DNA of 64,000 bases from Dendrobates tinctorius (taxonomy: Eukaryota). The stretch lies in NCBI RefSeq assembly GCF_039654945.1, contig NW_027361684.1, positions 75,206,001-75,270,000 on the forward strand, written 5' to 3'. The translations under genes were made by a program, and so were the position numbers. Below are positions 43,251-57,100 of the stretch, one piece after another; position 1 is the first letter of the stretch; every line of letters begins with the position of its first letter. The notes under the pieces are model-generated. The model saw only the letters and a list, made by a program, of their open reading frames with translations. It was not told where the DNA came from and did no database searches.

Positions 43251-43383
43251 AGAACAAGACAAGTACCAGAAGACTACAGAAGTGCAAATGTTCCTATCTT
43301 CAAAACGGGGAAGAAGATGGATCCAGGGAACTATAGGCCGGTGAGTCTGATTTCTATACCAGGAAAGATCTTTGAACAAATTA

Positions 43384-45015
43384 CAGTGCCTTGCTAAAGT
43401 ATTCAGCCCCCTGGAACTTTTCAATCTTTTACCACATATCATGCTTCAAACATAAAGATACCAAATGTAAATTTTTGGTAAAGAATCAACAACAAGTTGG
43501 ACACAATTGTGAAGTTGAACAAAATTTATTGGTTATTTTAAATTTTTTTGGAAATTCAAAAACTGAAAAGTGGGGTGTGCAATATTATTCGGCCCCTTTA
43601 CTTTCAGTGCAGCAAACTCACTCCAGAAGTTCATTGTGGATCTCTGAATGATCCAATGTTGTCCTTAATGACTAATTATGATAAATATAATCCACCTGTG
43701 TGTAATCAAGTCTCCGTATAAATGCACCAGCTCTGTGATAGTCTCATGGTTCTGTTTGAAGCACAGAGAGAGCATCATGATGACCAAGAAACACAACAGG
43801 CAGGTCCATGATACTGTTGTGGAAAAGTTTAAAGCTGGCTTTGGATACAAATTGATTTCTAAAACTTTAAACATCCCAAGGAGCACTGAGCAAGCGATCA
43901 TATTGAAATGGAAGGAGTATCATACCACTGCAAATCTATCAAGACCCGTCCGTCCCTTTAAACTTTCATCTCAAACAAGGAGAAGACTGATCAGAGATGC
44001 AGCCAAGAGACCCATGATCACTCTGGATGAACTGCAGATATCTACAGCTGAGGTGGGACAGTCTGTCCATAGGACAACAATCAGTCATACACTGCACAAA
44101 TCAGGCCTTTATGGAAGAATGGAAAGAAGAAAGCCATTTCTCAAAGATATAAATAAAAAGTGTCATTTAAAGTTTGCAACAAGCCACATGGGAGACACAC
44201 CAAACATGTGGAAGAAGGTGCTCTGGTCAGATGAAACCAAAATTGAACTTTTTGGCAACAATGCCAAACGATATGTTTGGTGTAAAGGCAACACAGCTCA
44301 TCACCCTGAACACACCATCCCCACTGTCAAACATGGTGGTGACAGCATCATGGTTTGGGCCTGCTTTTCTTCAGCAGGGACAGGGAAAATGGTTAAAATT
44401 GATGGGAAGATGGATGGAGCCAAATACAGGACCATTCTTGAAGAAAACCTGTTGGAGTCAGCAAAAGACCTGAGACTGGGATGGAGATTTGTCTTCCAAG
44501 AAGACAATGATCCCAAACATAAAGCAAAATCTACAATGGAATGGTTCACAAATAAACGTATCCAGGTGTTAGAATGGCCAAGTCAAAATCCAGACCTGAG
44601 TCCAATCGAGAATCTGTGGAAAGAGCTGAAAACTGCTGTTCACAAACGATCTCCATCAAACCTCACTGAGCTCGAGCTGTTTGCCAAGGAAGAATGGACA
44701 AGAATTTCAGTCTCTCGATGAACAAAACTGATAGAGACATACCCCAAGTGACTTGCAGCTGTAATCGCAGCAAAAGGTAGCGCTACAAAGTATTAAGTTA
44801 AAGGGGCCAAATAATATTGCACGCCCCACTTTTCAGTTTTTGAATTTCCACAAAAATTTTAAATAACCAATAAATTTCGTTCAACTTCACAATTGTGTCC
44901 CACTTGTTGTTGATTCTTCACCAAAAATTTACATTTGGCATCTTTATGTTTGAAGCATGATATGTGGGAAAAGGTTGAAAAGTTCCAGGGGGCCGAATAC
45001 TTTCACAAGGCACTG
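43384..45015 (+). mobile_element. Full-length Tc1 (DD34E) with C-terminal stops in the transposase
   Basis: TA TSD; ~210-bp TIRs starting CAGTGCCTTG; WSDETK, QEDNDPKH, NPDLSPIE. Confidence 0.96.
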
Positions 45016-46506
45016 TATTAAACAATATGTATGTACATACCTGGATAAGAATGAAGTGATTAGCCAGAGTCAGCAAGGATTTGCAGCTAATAAGTCATGT
45101 TAGACTAACTTAATTTCCTTCTATGACAGAATCACTGACTGGGTAAATCGGGGAAATGCAGTAGATATAGTATATCTTAACTTCAGCAAAGCATTTGACA
45201 AACTGTCTCACACAATCCTTATTGAAACAATGACTAAGTAAGGAATGGACAAGGCAACTGTTAGGTGGATTCATAACTGACTTAGTGATAGGACCCAAAG
45301 AGTGGTTGTAAATGGCTGCACTTCCAGTTGGAAGAATGTCTCAAGTGGGGTACCACAGGGCTCTGTCCTGGACTCTGTATTGTTCAACATCTTTATCAAT
45401 GAGTTAGATGAAGGAATTGAGGGTAAGCTGATTAAATTAGCTGATGACACAAAGCTAGGAGGGATAGTTAATACTGGAGAAGAGAGAGAAAGAGAGGATT
45501 CAAAAAGATATAAATAAACTGGAGCAATGGGCAGCAACTAACAGAATGGTTTTAAAAGGGAAAAATGCAAAGTGCTACATTTGGGCAATAAAAATGAAAA
45601 AGCATATACAGAATGGGAGGAATAGGGGCTAAGCAACAGCACATGTGAAAAATACTTGGGTATACTAATAGATCATAAACTAAGCATGAGTCAACAGTGT
45701 GATGCAGCACCAAAAAGGGAAATACAATTCTGGGATGTATTAACAGAAGCATACAGTCTAGGTCATGTGAAGTCATTATTGCCCTCTACTCCTCTTTGGT
45801 CAGGCCTCAACTGGAATACTGTGTCCAGTTTTGGGCACCACATTTTAAAAAAGACATAAAAAGTGGAGCAAGTTCAGAGAAGAGCGACCAGAATGGTGAT
45901 GGGTCTGCAAACCCTGTCTTATGAGGAAAGGTTGCAGGATTTGGGAATATTTAGCTTGCAAAAAAAAGACTGAGAGGAGACATAATAGCAGTCTACAAAT
46001 ATCTGAAGGGTTGTCACATTGTAGGAGGATCATCTTTATTCTCAAGGAAAGACTAGAAGCAATGGGATGAAACTGAAAGGGAGGAGACACAGAATACATA
46101 TTAGAAATGTTTTTTTGACAGTTAGGGTGATCAGGCTGCCACGAGAGGTGGTGAGTTCTCTTTCGATGGAAGTCTTCAAACAGAGGCTGGACAGACATCT
46201 GTCTGGGACGATTTAGTGAATCCTGCTTTGAGCAGCGGGTTGGACCAGATGACGCAGGAGGTCCCTTCCAACTCTACCATTCTATGATTCTATGATAAAT
46301 ACTGCATGGAGCACTTCAGTTGTAAAACACATATTTATTATATAAATAAAAGGTAATCTCAGGATGTTATTGACCTATACTCTGAAGACATATTTCTTTC
46401 TGCCAAAGATCGTTTTATCTTCTTTGAAGGAATTGAAAGAGTATTGATGATTTTAACAAGGTATCTTATAAAATAGTTCCAGTTAAATGACAAATTTTGA
46501 CTATAA

Positions 46507-46851
46507 GGGTATGTGCACACGGTGCGGATTCTGCTGTGGTTCAGCAGCATTTCTGCAGCTGTGGGTCCGCAGCAGATTCTGCTGCGTTGTACAGTACCTT
46601 TATTTCCTATGGAAATTAAAAAACGCTGTGCACATGCTGCGGATTTTTCCGCGCGGTTTTGCAGTGGTTTACAATCCGCAGCATGTCAATTGTTTGGTGC
46701 AGAAACACTGCAGTTTTACACCTCATCCATTATGAGGTGTAAAACCGCATGGCAAAATCGCAGATAAACCGCAGGACGTTTGTCCTGCGGATTTACCTGC
46801 GGTTTTCTCTCCAAAATCAGTACACCAAAAAAACTATGTATGCACATAGCC
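46507..46851. mobile_element. Harbinger MITE
   Basis: TAA TSD; GGGTATGTGCAC / TGCACATAGCC. Confidence 0.8.
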
Positions 46852-47067
46852 TAATCCATAAACTACAGTATATGCTACTTGACTTATAAATTCGCATAAA
46901 ATTGGCAAATGTGATGATCTTGGTGAATTGCCTAACAAAGCCAAATATGGACTTGTTTATTAAAAACTGCATTCTTCTATTTTTTAAGAATAAGCAGAAA
47001 TTTTCTAAACCCATGATTACTTGAAATCTTCAGTACATTTGTGCCTTTTTAAAATCTTATGTACACA

Positions 47068-49150
47068 TCAAGGGCGGACATACTGCATTTGCAGCTGATA
47101 CAGCTGCAATGGGGTTCGGACGTGGAGGGGGACACTGCAAGGCGGCTAATAATGAAGGCAATCTGGCCTGTTTCTCTGACCTCGAGGCTCCGGGGGGCCC
47201 TGGCCAGATTGCTCTCATGTGCAGCAGGCAGGGAGCGATACCTGCAGCTCCGCTGCATACAGGAGAAAATGGCAGCAGAGCTGCAAGCATCCCTCCTGTG
47301 CTCCCTGCCCATGCTTCCTGTCTGACACAGCAGCATGGCTGGATGACGTCAGCATTTGTTTCAGATAGAAAGCTGCTGGCAATGAAGATGCTTCGGCTGT
47401 GGGGAACATGCAAAGAGGTGAGAGGTGTGTGTGTGTGTTTGTGTTGGTATTGGAGAGGTGTGTGTGTAGGTAGTGGAGAGGGCAATTATGGGAGTGGTGG
47501 TGGAGAAGACAATGATGGCAGTAGTTGAAAGGGCTATGATGGGGTGATTGGGTATAACAATGATGGGGTGGAGGAGAGGACAATGATGGGTGTGATGGAG
47601 AGAACAATGATTAGGGTGTTGGAGAGGGCAATGATGGAGGTGGTTGGCGAGAAAAATAATTGGGGTGGTGGAGAGGAAATTATGGAGGTGGTGGATAGGG
47701 CAATGATGGGGTGGTGGGGGGAAAATGATTGGGGTGGTGGAGAGGAAATTATGAAGATGGTGGAGAGGGCAATGATGGGAGTAGTGGGGGAGAAGGCAAT
47801 GATGGATGTGGTGGAAAGGACAATTATGGGGTTGTGGTGGAGAAGGCAATGATGGAGGTGGTGAAAAGGACAATGATGGGGTAGTGGGGAGAACAATGAT
47901 GGGTGGGGGAGAGGACAATGATGGTAGTGGTGGGAGAGAATGATAATTGGGGTGTTGGAGAGGGCAATGATGGAGGTGGTGGAGGAGATCAATGATTGGG
48001 GTGGAGGAGAGGACAATTATGGAAGTGGTGGAGGGGCAATAATGGAGGTGGTGGGGAAAACAATGATTGGGGTGGTGGAGACGGCAATAATGGGGGGTGG
48101 TGGGGAAAACAATGAATGGGGTGGTCGAGAGGGCAATAATGGATGTAGTGGAGAGGACAATGGTGGATGTGGGGGAGAGGACAATGAGGGATGTGGGGGA
48201 ATTGGGATGGGAGTAAGGGGGACTTATAATGGACTTATGAACAGGAGGAGGGGAGGAAGACATTAGATATGGATGTGAAATTAGTTGGGTGGTGGAGGAG
48301 ATAGCGTCCTCCTCATCTCACAATTCATTGTGATGCTATTGGGTGCTTAAAATTTATTGTGGAGAGTAGGGCGTTAGGTGCCTAGGACCCTTTATAATGA
48401 ACTGAAAGGTGGGAGAAGACTCTGTCAGGGACTTATAATGAATTGGGAGGTGGCGGAGATAGCATCTTCTCCCACCCCCAAATTCATTATGATACTACCA
48501 AGGACTTTTACTGATTGGAGGGACACAGGACAGGGACTAAGGCTATGTGTACATATTCTGGATTTGCAGGAGAAAATTCTGCTAAAGTGTTGTCAGGTAG
48601 AATGCTGCGTAAAACACATTTATTTTTTTACATAATTTTGCTACGTATTTTCCCCCATTAGTACATGTGAAATAAGCTGCAATAATTGACATTATGCAGA
48701 TTTGAATTTGCTGAAAATCTGCAAGGAAAAAATAAGCAACGTGTGCATGAGACTTCAGGGATCTCATTCACTTTGCTTGTACTGTAAAACCTTGTGTACT
48801 TTCCTAGCCTTACAGTTAATTGGGCAGAGTCAGGGACTGAATAATTTATCTTATTGGGTGGCAGAGAATATAATTAATGAGGGGACAAAGTGCTGTTTAT
48901 CACTTTATATTTTCAATGGTGGGGTACATATCTGTATTGAGGGGGAAGACATAAGAATGTATACAATATATGTGACCTTGTTATTTTCAGGGCTGCAATG
49001 ATCATCGTGACAAGATGAGTCGTGGCTGGGAGATATTGACCTGAAGGTCTGACCAGATGGAGAATAAACAGCAGAAAACGGTTCTAATTAGGTGAAATGT
49101 CTGCATTAAGTGCCTGGATGTAAATATTATTCTGTATCTCTTCTGTGTGA
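47068..49150 (+). mobile_element. hAT-like non-autonomous element with purine-rich minisatellite (47480-48260)
   Basis: CAAGGGCGGACATA terminus; homologous in inverted orientation to 54190-57497. Confidence 0.55.
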
Positions 49151-49299
49151 CTTGGAGTAATAATGTTATCTGAAAAATCTCTTATTCTACATTCTCACAT
49201 TTGTGTGATATACCTGTGTGCTTCCAGATTTTTTTATCGGACGGTACACAGACTCCACATAGGTCCACTTGCACATCTGTGAAAATCACTGCATTCACT

Positions 49300-51485
49300 C
49301 ATATACACCATCCTTGCACTAACTCTTTGCATTCCATCTTAGCCCCTCTGTCCTTTCCTCTTCTATGTACAGTACTCATGCTCTTTTCACATTGCTAAAT
49401 TGCTCAGATCTATTCAGTCCCACCATCCAATGCAAGAGACGCTCTCACAAATCACTTAACCATCTGCTCATTCTCTCTATCCTCCTTCTCCTAGTCGCAG
49501 GAGATATCTCTCCCAACCCTGGCCCCTCATGTTATACTGTAGTAAGTTCAACCCCTCACCTACTACACTCAGAAACCCCTCAAATCTCATGAATATTCCC
49601 TGCATGCCATCTGTGTCTTTTAATTGTGCCCTCTGGAATTCTCGCTTTGTGTGTAATAAACTCTCCTTCATCCATGACTTCTTCCTTTCTGATTCTCTTA
49701 ACCTTCTGGTTCTTACTGAAACCTGGATCCATCAGTCAGACACCACCGCTGCTGCTGCTCTTTCATATGGTGGACTACACTTCTTTCACACCCCAAGATC
49801 GGACAATAGAGCAGGTGGAGGCATTGGTCTGCTCCTATCACCCAAATGTACCTTTCAGGTTATCCCTCAAGTACCCTCACTTATCTTCCCTTCTTTTGAG
49901 GTCCATGCTGTCAAACTCCTACATCCCCTTCTCCATGCAAGTGGCTGTTGTGTATCATCCTCCAGGCCCCTCCCATCAATTCCTTGATCACTTTGCAACC
50001 TGGCTTCCAAGTATTCTCTCCTGTGACATCCCCACCCTCATGGGAGACGTTAACATCCCCATTGCTTTTCCCCTCTCCCTGTCTGCTGCTCAACTTTTAT
50101 CTCTAACTATCTCCTTCGGCCTTTCACAGCTTACTAATCTCCTATGCATGAAGACGTATAACGCCCCTGCTGGCATCACTGCATGGCTTTCCATCTCCCA
50201 TCAGGCAGATATACCATCTTACTTACCTCTCGGGGCCATGCTGTGAGTTCTTTCCTCTGCCTACTACATGCTGTGAACCTCATGTCCTTGCTTGCTGCAT
50301 ACTTCCTAACTGTATGCTTAGGGTGGCAGCGCTGGCATTTCCTGAGTCTTATAGAGACAGTGTGCACACCCATAATTTGGCCCCAGCCAACTGCCAAGAG
50401 GTATCGGGTACTTAAGGCATCTCCACCCATAGGGAGATGCCTGAGCAACAAACTCAGTCTGCACTTTGCTACTGAGGTGCCATTTCTTGTCCTGTTCTCC
50501 CTTCCTGGGGGCTGCATACCCAGGCCTGTTTCTGTGCTCTTAGTGTCTTGTTTCTGTCTTCCTGGAGGTTGCATACCCTGGTCCGTATCCTCCATCCTGA
50601 ACTTGTTCCCGTGTCCGTCCTTGCCTGTACTAAGTCTGTTTCTTGTACCTGTTCATATTCTTGCCTGTTTCCTTCCCTACTCAGCTGTGTATAGCCTTGT
50701 GTCTTCTCCTTCTGCTCTGCTCTCCACTGTGCCGTTCTGCTTTGCTCTTTGCTCCGTGCCCTGCGGTTCTGCTCTGCTCTCCACTCCACTCCCTGCGACT
50801 CTGCTCTGTTCTTTGCTCCACACCTTGCGGCTCTGCTCTGCTCAGCACTCTGTGGTTCTTCATCCTTCTAGTCTGAACTGGTTCCTAACAGTTCCTGTCC
50901 CTCCAGTCTGAACTGGTTCCTACCTGTTCCCTTATCCTACTTGTACCTGCCTGTGCTCCTGCCCTACCCATAATGGTTCTGGTTTCTCCAGTCTGATCTG
51001 TGCCGACCTGCCTGCCAGAGTGCCAGCCGTGCCTGCCTGCCAGAGTGCCAGCCATGCCTGCCTGCCTGCCAGAATGCCAGCCATGCCCGCCTGCCCGGCG
51101 AGCGTTACAAGATGGAAACTCCCTCGACTTGGCTTTCTCCCGGCTTTGTTCACTCTATGATTTTACCAACTCCCCTCTCCCGCTCTCTGACCACAACCTT
51201 CTTTCATTCTCTGTCAAGAACTGCCATCTCTCTTAGGACACCCCCACTTTCCACACTTTTATAAATATACAGGCCATTAACACCCAAAAACTGATGAAGA
51301 ATATGCAGTCATCCCTGGCCCCAATCTCCTCCCTCTCATGTCTTGACTCTGCACTGATGCATTATAATGTAACACTGCAATGTGCCCTGGATGAAGCTGC
51401 ACCTCCTATACATAGAACAACTTGGCACACACTGCAAACACGTTTCCTACAGTGGTGCTCCAGGTGCGCTGAACTTCTGTAAAGA
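49300..51485 (+). mobile_element. Degenerate L2 5' portion (leader, 2A-like motif, APE) split by an LTR
   Basis: MYSTHALFTLL...[15 protein letters not shown]; FNCALWNSR, LTETW, GDVN, DGNSLDL, PLSDH. Confidence 0.9.
50157..51109. mobile_element. Solo LTR inserted in the L2
   Basis: TATAACG...CGTTACA; TSD AGACG / AGATG; removal restores HEDGNSLDL. Confidence 0.85.
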
Positions 51486-52359
51486 AAATCCAGTCTCGGG
51501 AGACCAAGTATAAGCTTTATTATTTTATGGGGGCCAAGCATGGGGTATGAGAATTTGTCCAAGTAGTGGACAACTCCTTTAACATCTTACCAAAAATAAC
51601 AATAGCATACATATACAATGTAGACTTAGCAGCAATGATCACAGAATGTAACAAGGCTAATAGTTTAAAGCTAAATGTTTTGGTGTGTTACAATGGATCA
51701 TATTTCTTGGGAAAAGACTGTATTTTCAGAAAAGCAATGTGTCCTGAAGTGATTTAATAGAAAAAAAGAAGACGATCAATGTTTCATCAACAATATTTAC
51801 TTCTCTCGAAAGTAAACTTGCAGTTTAAAGTTCTTTTAAGTGACACTGAAAGCAACCCTTGGAGGCTTCTTATGTTTGCTGTAAGGTTATAAATGAGATT
51901 AAACAACAGTATCTAGTTCTTTGGAGAAACGATAGATGGCCAGTTCTGTGTCTACATAAAAGTCGTTTGAAGAGTTTATGTGATGTTAGTTAAAACTATT
52001 ACATGTTCATTGTTCGGTATAATTCAGCAACTGTGAGTGGCTGAGCTCATGGCTATGGAATTAGATGAAAATTCTTTATTGTTTAGGGAAGAAAAGAAAT
52101 GTTAGAGAAAATGCTGTATCAGTTATCAGTGACAATATCAAACAAGTGTAAAGAGAAAAAAAATAAGAGTTTTGTCTGCAGTATAATACTATTGAAAACC
52201 ACAGGTAATATCAGATGAGCACAGAGAGTCATAAGCTTATATATAATGGTTGTGTTTGGGTAGGCATAATTCTAATTAAAGGCAGATGAAAGAACCCAAA
52301 CTGTGCAGCCGCTAAGCTCCAGTGTCATGGGCATCCTTCCCAACAGATCCTCTCAGACA

Positions 52360-52896
52360 GGGGCGGAGCTTACATTTCTGAATAATATGTGCAACTGTAG
52401 TCACAGGAACATCAAGCTGCTTGGAGATGGCTTTATAACTATTACCTTTGACATGTTTGTCTATAATTTTCTTTCTAATCTCCTGAGACAACTCTTTCCT
52501 TCTCTTCCTCTGGTCCATGTTGAGTGTGATACACACCATGTCACCAAACAGCACAGTGAGTATCTGTAGCCCTCTATACAGGCCCACTCACTGATTCCAA
52601 GATTGTAGACACCTGTGATGCTACTTTGCTAATTAGTGGGCACACCTTGATTTAACATGTCCCTTTTGTCACATTATATTCATGGGTACCATCATTTCTG
52701 TCCTGGCCTATTTCATGAGTTTTATTTTTTTTGTAAATTTTGTGGAAGCATGGTTGAAAAGCAATGTCTGACTTTCATTTGTTCATTTTCATAGATTTTT
52801 GATTCATTTTACTTTTGTCAGATTCAAGTTATTTCTGTCACCATTGTGGGTTTTTCTGTCATTAAACGAGGGGTACCACAATTTTGACCACGTGTG
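52360..52896 (-). mobile_element. Tc1 left end with transposase N-terminus
   Basis: MDQRKRRKELSQEIRKKIIDKH...YKAISKQL. Confidence 0.85.
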
Positions 52897-54420
52897 TAAC
52901 TAAAGAGGATGGTACGTAATAAGGGACGGTGTTATACATAATCAAAGAGGAAACTATTTAACTAACTATGTAACTAAGGAATACACTATACACTATAAGT
53001 GAGTACACTGTATACTAAGGGACTGTGCTATACATAAATGTACTATACAGTATATCATAAGGCTACATTCCTCTATCCGTGTGCAGTGTCGGTGTGCTGC
53101 GTTCTATTACAGACGCATTGAGCATGTCCTATTCTGATCCTCAAAATCAGATCAGAACTGGATATTCTCTGATATCTGCTATCTTTTCCCTGAGGAGGCC
53201 ACAAATTGTGGCAATACGCGTGGGATCCTATTCCACACCTCTTCTTTTCTCCCTAATTGCGGGGCTTTGGCTCAGGCTTTGAGTTCCACACTCACCCTGA
53301 TGTGAAGCGCACTTTAGCCAAGGAATGGGTTTGTCATTTTTGCTTAATCCTGTGTGTTACCAGGCTATTACCTTTAGCCATTGTGAGGGACCTGTATTTT
53401 AACAGGCTTACTATCTCCCTCTGGTGTAGACATCCCCTTTTGTGTATTTTTCTGGGCCCATATGGTACTATTCATATGCTCCTTATAAATCATTGAGAAA
53501 TGTGTCTAAAAATTGGGCTATCTCAGTTTTCATGTTTTTTCACCATTCCGGGTAATCTGCATTTTACAGGTTAATGACTTTTCTTTTTGTCATTTTGTGG
53601 CTCTCTGGGCCCATATGACAGTATTTATATATGCACTTTATAGTCATTGATCAATTTTCCTATGTTGTCATATGCATGATATAAGTATATATATATATAT
53701 ATGCATTGTATTGGAGGCATTTATAAAATTCAGCCCATTTGTGCAATATTATTTATGGTGGCTCATTTTGTGCCATTGGGAGATCACTAGGTGTGGAGAA
53801 TCATTGCTTCTATTCAAAGGCATGATTTATCATAGGTCCTTTTTTATTTTAAATGTTTTTAACATGAATTGTGTGTGTTTTTGCTTTTCTGTCATTTTTG
53901 CTTAATAAAGTGTCTTCATTCTTTATATAATTGAGGTGCTCCTTGCTATATGGGCATGATCTTTTTCTCGTCTCCTTATATCAGGATATTCTCTAATACT
54001 CACAGATCTTATTCTCAGATATGTGATTTTCATGGACGTGTTAAGAGTTTTATAGAACCATACGAGTTTGTATGCCGTCAGATAAAAAAAAATTCTGGCA
54101 GCACATGAACATTTCACATGAATGTGAGAATGCAGCCTAAAGGATTTTACAAATAACATTATCACTCTAAGTCATATAGAATACATACAAAATAGTACTT
54201 ATATACAGTGACCACTGACACCATGTCTGAATAGAGTCATTTTCTGCTGTTTCTTCTCCATCTGGTCAGACCTTCATTTTGACATCTTTCAACCATGACT
54301 CATCTTGTCACGATGATCACCGTAACCCTAAAAATAACAATGTTACATATATTCTATTTGTACATTTGTCTTCGCCACATTGCGCCCCTGACTACAGATG
54401 TGTACGCCACCATTAATGTA

Positions 54421-55986
54421 CAGTCATGGCCAAAAGTTTTGAGAATGACACAAATATTATATTTTCACATGATCTGCTGCCCTCTGGTTTTTATGTGTGT
54501 TTGTCAGATGTTTTTATCACATACAGAAATATAATTGCAACAATATTATGAGTAACAAAAGGTTATATTGACAGTTAGAATGAGTTAATGCAGCAAGTCA
54601 ATATTTGCAGTGTTGACCCTTCTTCTTCAGGACCTCAGCAATTCTCCCTGGCATGCTCTCAATCAACTTCTGGATCAAATCCTGACTGATAGCAGTCCAT
54701 TCTTGCAAAATCAATGCTTTTATTTTGTCTGAATGTGAAGGTTTTTGTTTGTCCACCCGTCTCTTGATGATTGACCACAAGTTCTCAATGGGATTAAGAT
54801 CTGGGGAGTTTCCAGGCCATGGTCCCAAAATCTCTATGTTTTGTTCCCTGACCCATTTAGTTATCACCTTTGCTTTATGGCAAGGTGCTCCATCATGTTG
54901 AAAAAGGCATTGTTGATCGCCAAACTGCTCTTGGACGTTGGGAGAAGTTGCTCTCGGAGGACATTCTGCTACCATTCTTTATTCATGGCTGTGTTTTTAG
55001 GCAAGACTGAGAGAGAGCCCATTCCCTTGGCTGAGAAGCAACCCCACACATGAATGGTTTCAGGATGCTTGACAGTTGCCATGAGACAAGACTGGTGGTA
55101 GCGCTCACCTCGTCTTCTCCGAATAAGCCGTTTTCCAGATGTCCCAAACAATCGAAAAGGGGATTCATCAGAGAAAATGACTTTACCCCAGTCCTCAGCA
55201 GTCCACTCCCTGTACCTCTTGCAGAATATCAGTCTGTCCATGATGTTTTTTCTGGAGAGAAGTGGCTTCTTTGCTGCCCTCCTTGAGACCAGGCCTTGCT
55301 CCAAGAGTCTCCGCCTCACAGTGCGTGCAGATGCACTCACACCTGCCTGCTGCCATTCCTGAGCAAGCTCTGCACTGCTGGTAGCCCGATCCCGCAGCTG
55401 AAACACTTTTAAGAGATGGTCCTGACGCTTGCTGATCTTTCTTGGGCGCCCTGGAGCCTTTTTGGCAACAAGGGAACCTCTCTCCTTGAAGTTCTTGATG
55501 ATGCGATAGATTGTTGACTGAGGTGCAATCTTTCTAGCTGCGATACTCTTCCCTGTTAGGCCATTTTTGTGCAATGCAATGATGACTGCACGTGTTTCTT
55601 TAGAGATAACCATGGTTAACAGAAGAGAAACAATGATGCCAAGCACCAGCCTCCTTTTAAAGTGTCCAGTGGTGTCATTCTTACTTAATCATGACAGATT
55701 GATCTCCAGCCCTGTTCTCATCAACACCCACACCTGTGTTAATGGAGCAATCACTGAAACGATGTTAGCTGGTCCTTTTAAGGCAGGGCTGCAATGATGT
55801 TGAAATGTGTTTTGGGGGATAAAGTTCATTTTCTAGGCAAATATTGACTTTGCAAGTAATTGCTGTTAAGCTGATCACTCTTTATAACATTCTGGAGTAT
55901 ATGCAAATTGCCATTAGAAAAAATGAAGCAGTAGACTTTGTAAAAAATAATATTTGTGTCATTCTCAAAACTTTTGGCCATGACTG
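54421..55986 (-). mobile_element. Full-length Tc1-like DD35E transposon (transposase 55613-54598, disrupted)
   Basis: TA TSD; TIR CAGTCATGGCCAAAAGTTTTGAGAATGACACAAAT; [19 protein letters not shown] with 35 residues between D and E; stop and frameshift near 54940-54970. Confidence 0.93.
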
Positions 55987-56199
55987 TACCATTAGCCACG
56001 CACCAATCAAAATATAAAGTTGTAAACTGCACTGCTCCCTCCATTAACTATAATATCCGCCACCCAATAAATATAAATTATTCAGTCTTTCTAACTCTCC
56101 CCAATTAACTTTAAGGCCATGTGCAATTGCTGCATTTTTGTTATGGGAAATATGCAAAGTTTTACATTACAAACAAAGTGAATTAGCTCCCCACCCCCT

Positions 56200-57100
56200 C
56201 ATTTTCCTTTCCCTTACATGCCTCAAATTTTCTTCTCCCCTGAATCTCACATATTGTGCTCTCCCCCACATCTCTCATATTGTCCTCTCCCCCATATGTC
56301 ACATATTGTTCTCTCCCCACATCTATCATACTGTCCTCTCCCCCACATTCCTCATACTGTCCTCTGTCACATAACCCTTATATTGCTCTCTCCCCAACAT
56401 CCCTCATACTGTCCTCCCCCCACATCCCTCATACTGTCCTACCCCCATATACCTTATACTGTAATCTCCACCACATCCCTCATACTGTCCTATCCCCCAT
56501 ATACCTCATATTGTAATCTCCACCACATCCCTCATATTGTTCTCTCCCCCACATCCCTCATATTGTCCTCTTCCCCACATCTCTCATATTGTCATTCCCC
56601 ACACATCCCTCATATTGTCCTCTCCCCTTCATCTCTCATATTGTCATCTCCTCCACTCCCCCAAAACCCTCATACTGCCCCCCCACATCCTTCATATTGT
56701 TCTATCCCCCATATCCCTCATACTGTCCTCCCGACCCTACATCCCTCATATTGTCCTCTCCCCACATCCCTCATACTGTCCTATCCCCCATATACCTCAT
56801 ACTGTAATCTCCACCACATCCCTCATATTGTTCTCTCCCCCACATCCCTCATATTGTCCTCTTCCCCACATCTCTCATATTGTCATTCCTCACACATCCC
56901 TCATATTGTCCTCTCCCCTACATCTCTCATATTGTCATCTCCCCCACTCCCCCAAATCCCTCATACTGCCCCCCCACATCCTTCATATTGTTCTCTCCCC
57001 CATATCCCTCATACTGTCCTCCCGACCCTACATCCCTCATATTGTCCTCTCCCCACATCCCTCATACTGTCCCCCCACATTCCTCATATTGTCCTCTCTT
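56200..57100. repeat. Pyrimidine-rich ~23-bp minisatellite with 291-bp higher-order duplication
   Basis: CACATCCCTCATA(C/T)TGTCCTCTCCCC units; block near 56470-56760 recurs 291 bp later. Confidence 0.9.

Larger units (their letters stand above)
40113..46295 (+). mobile_element. CR1 LINE, internally deleted, with four nested insertions
   Basis: ORF1 zinc finger CISC...CQKC; LDFRKADF, KSPGPDELHP, GNYRPVSL, GVPQGS, LADD; (ATTCTATG)n tail. Confidence 0.9.

Noticed and set aside
47361-48266. Pro/Ser/His- or Gly-rich ORFs up to 300 aa (also 56218-57310)
   Set aside because: Stop-poor low-complexity minisatellite, open in several frames
50183-50911. 242-aa hydrophobic ORF
   Set aside because: Lies within a CT-rich solo LTR; no domain motifs
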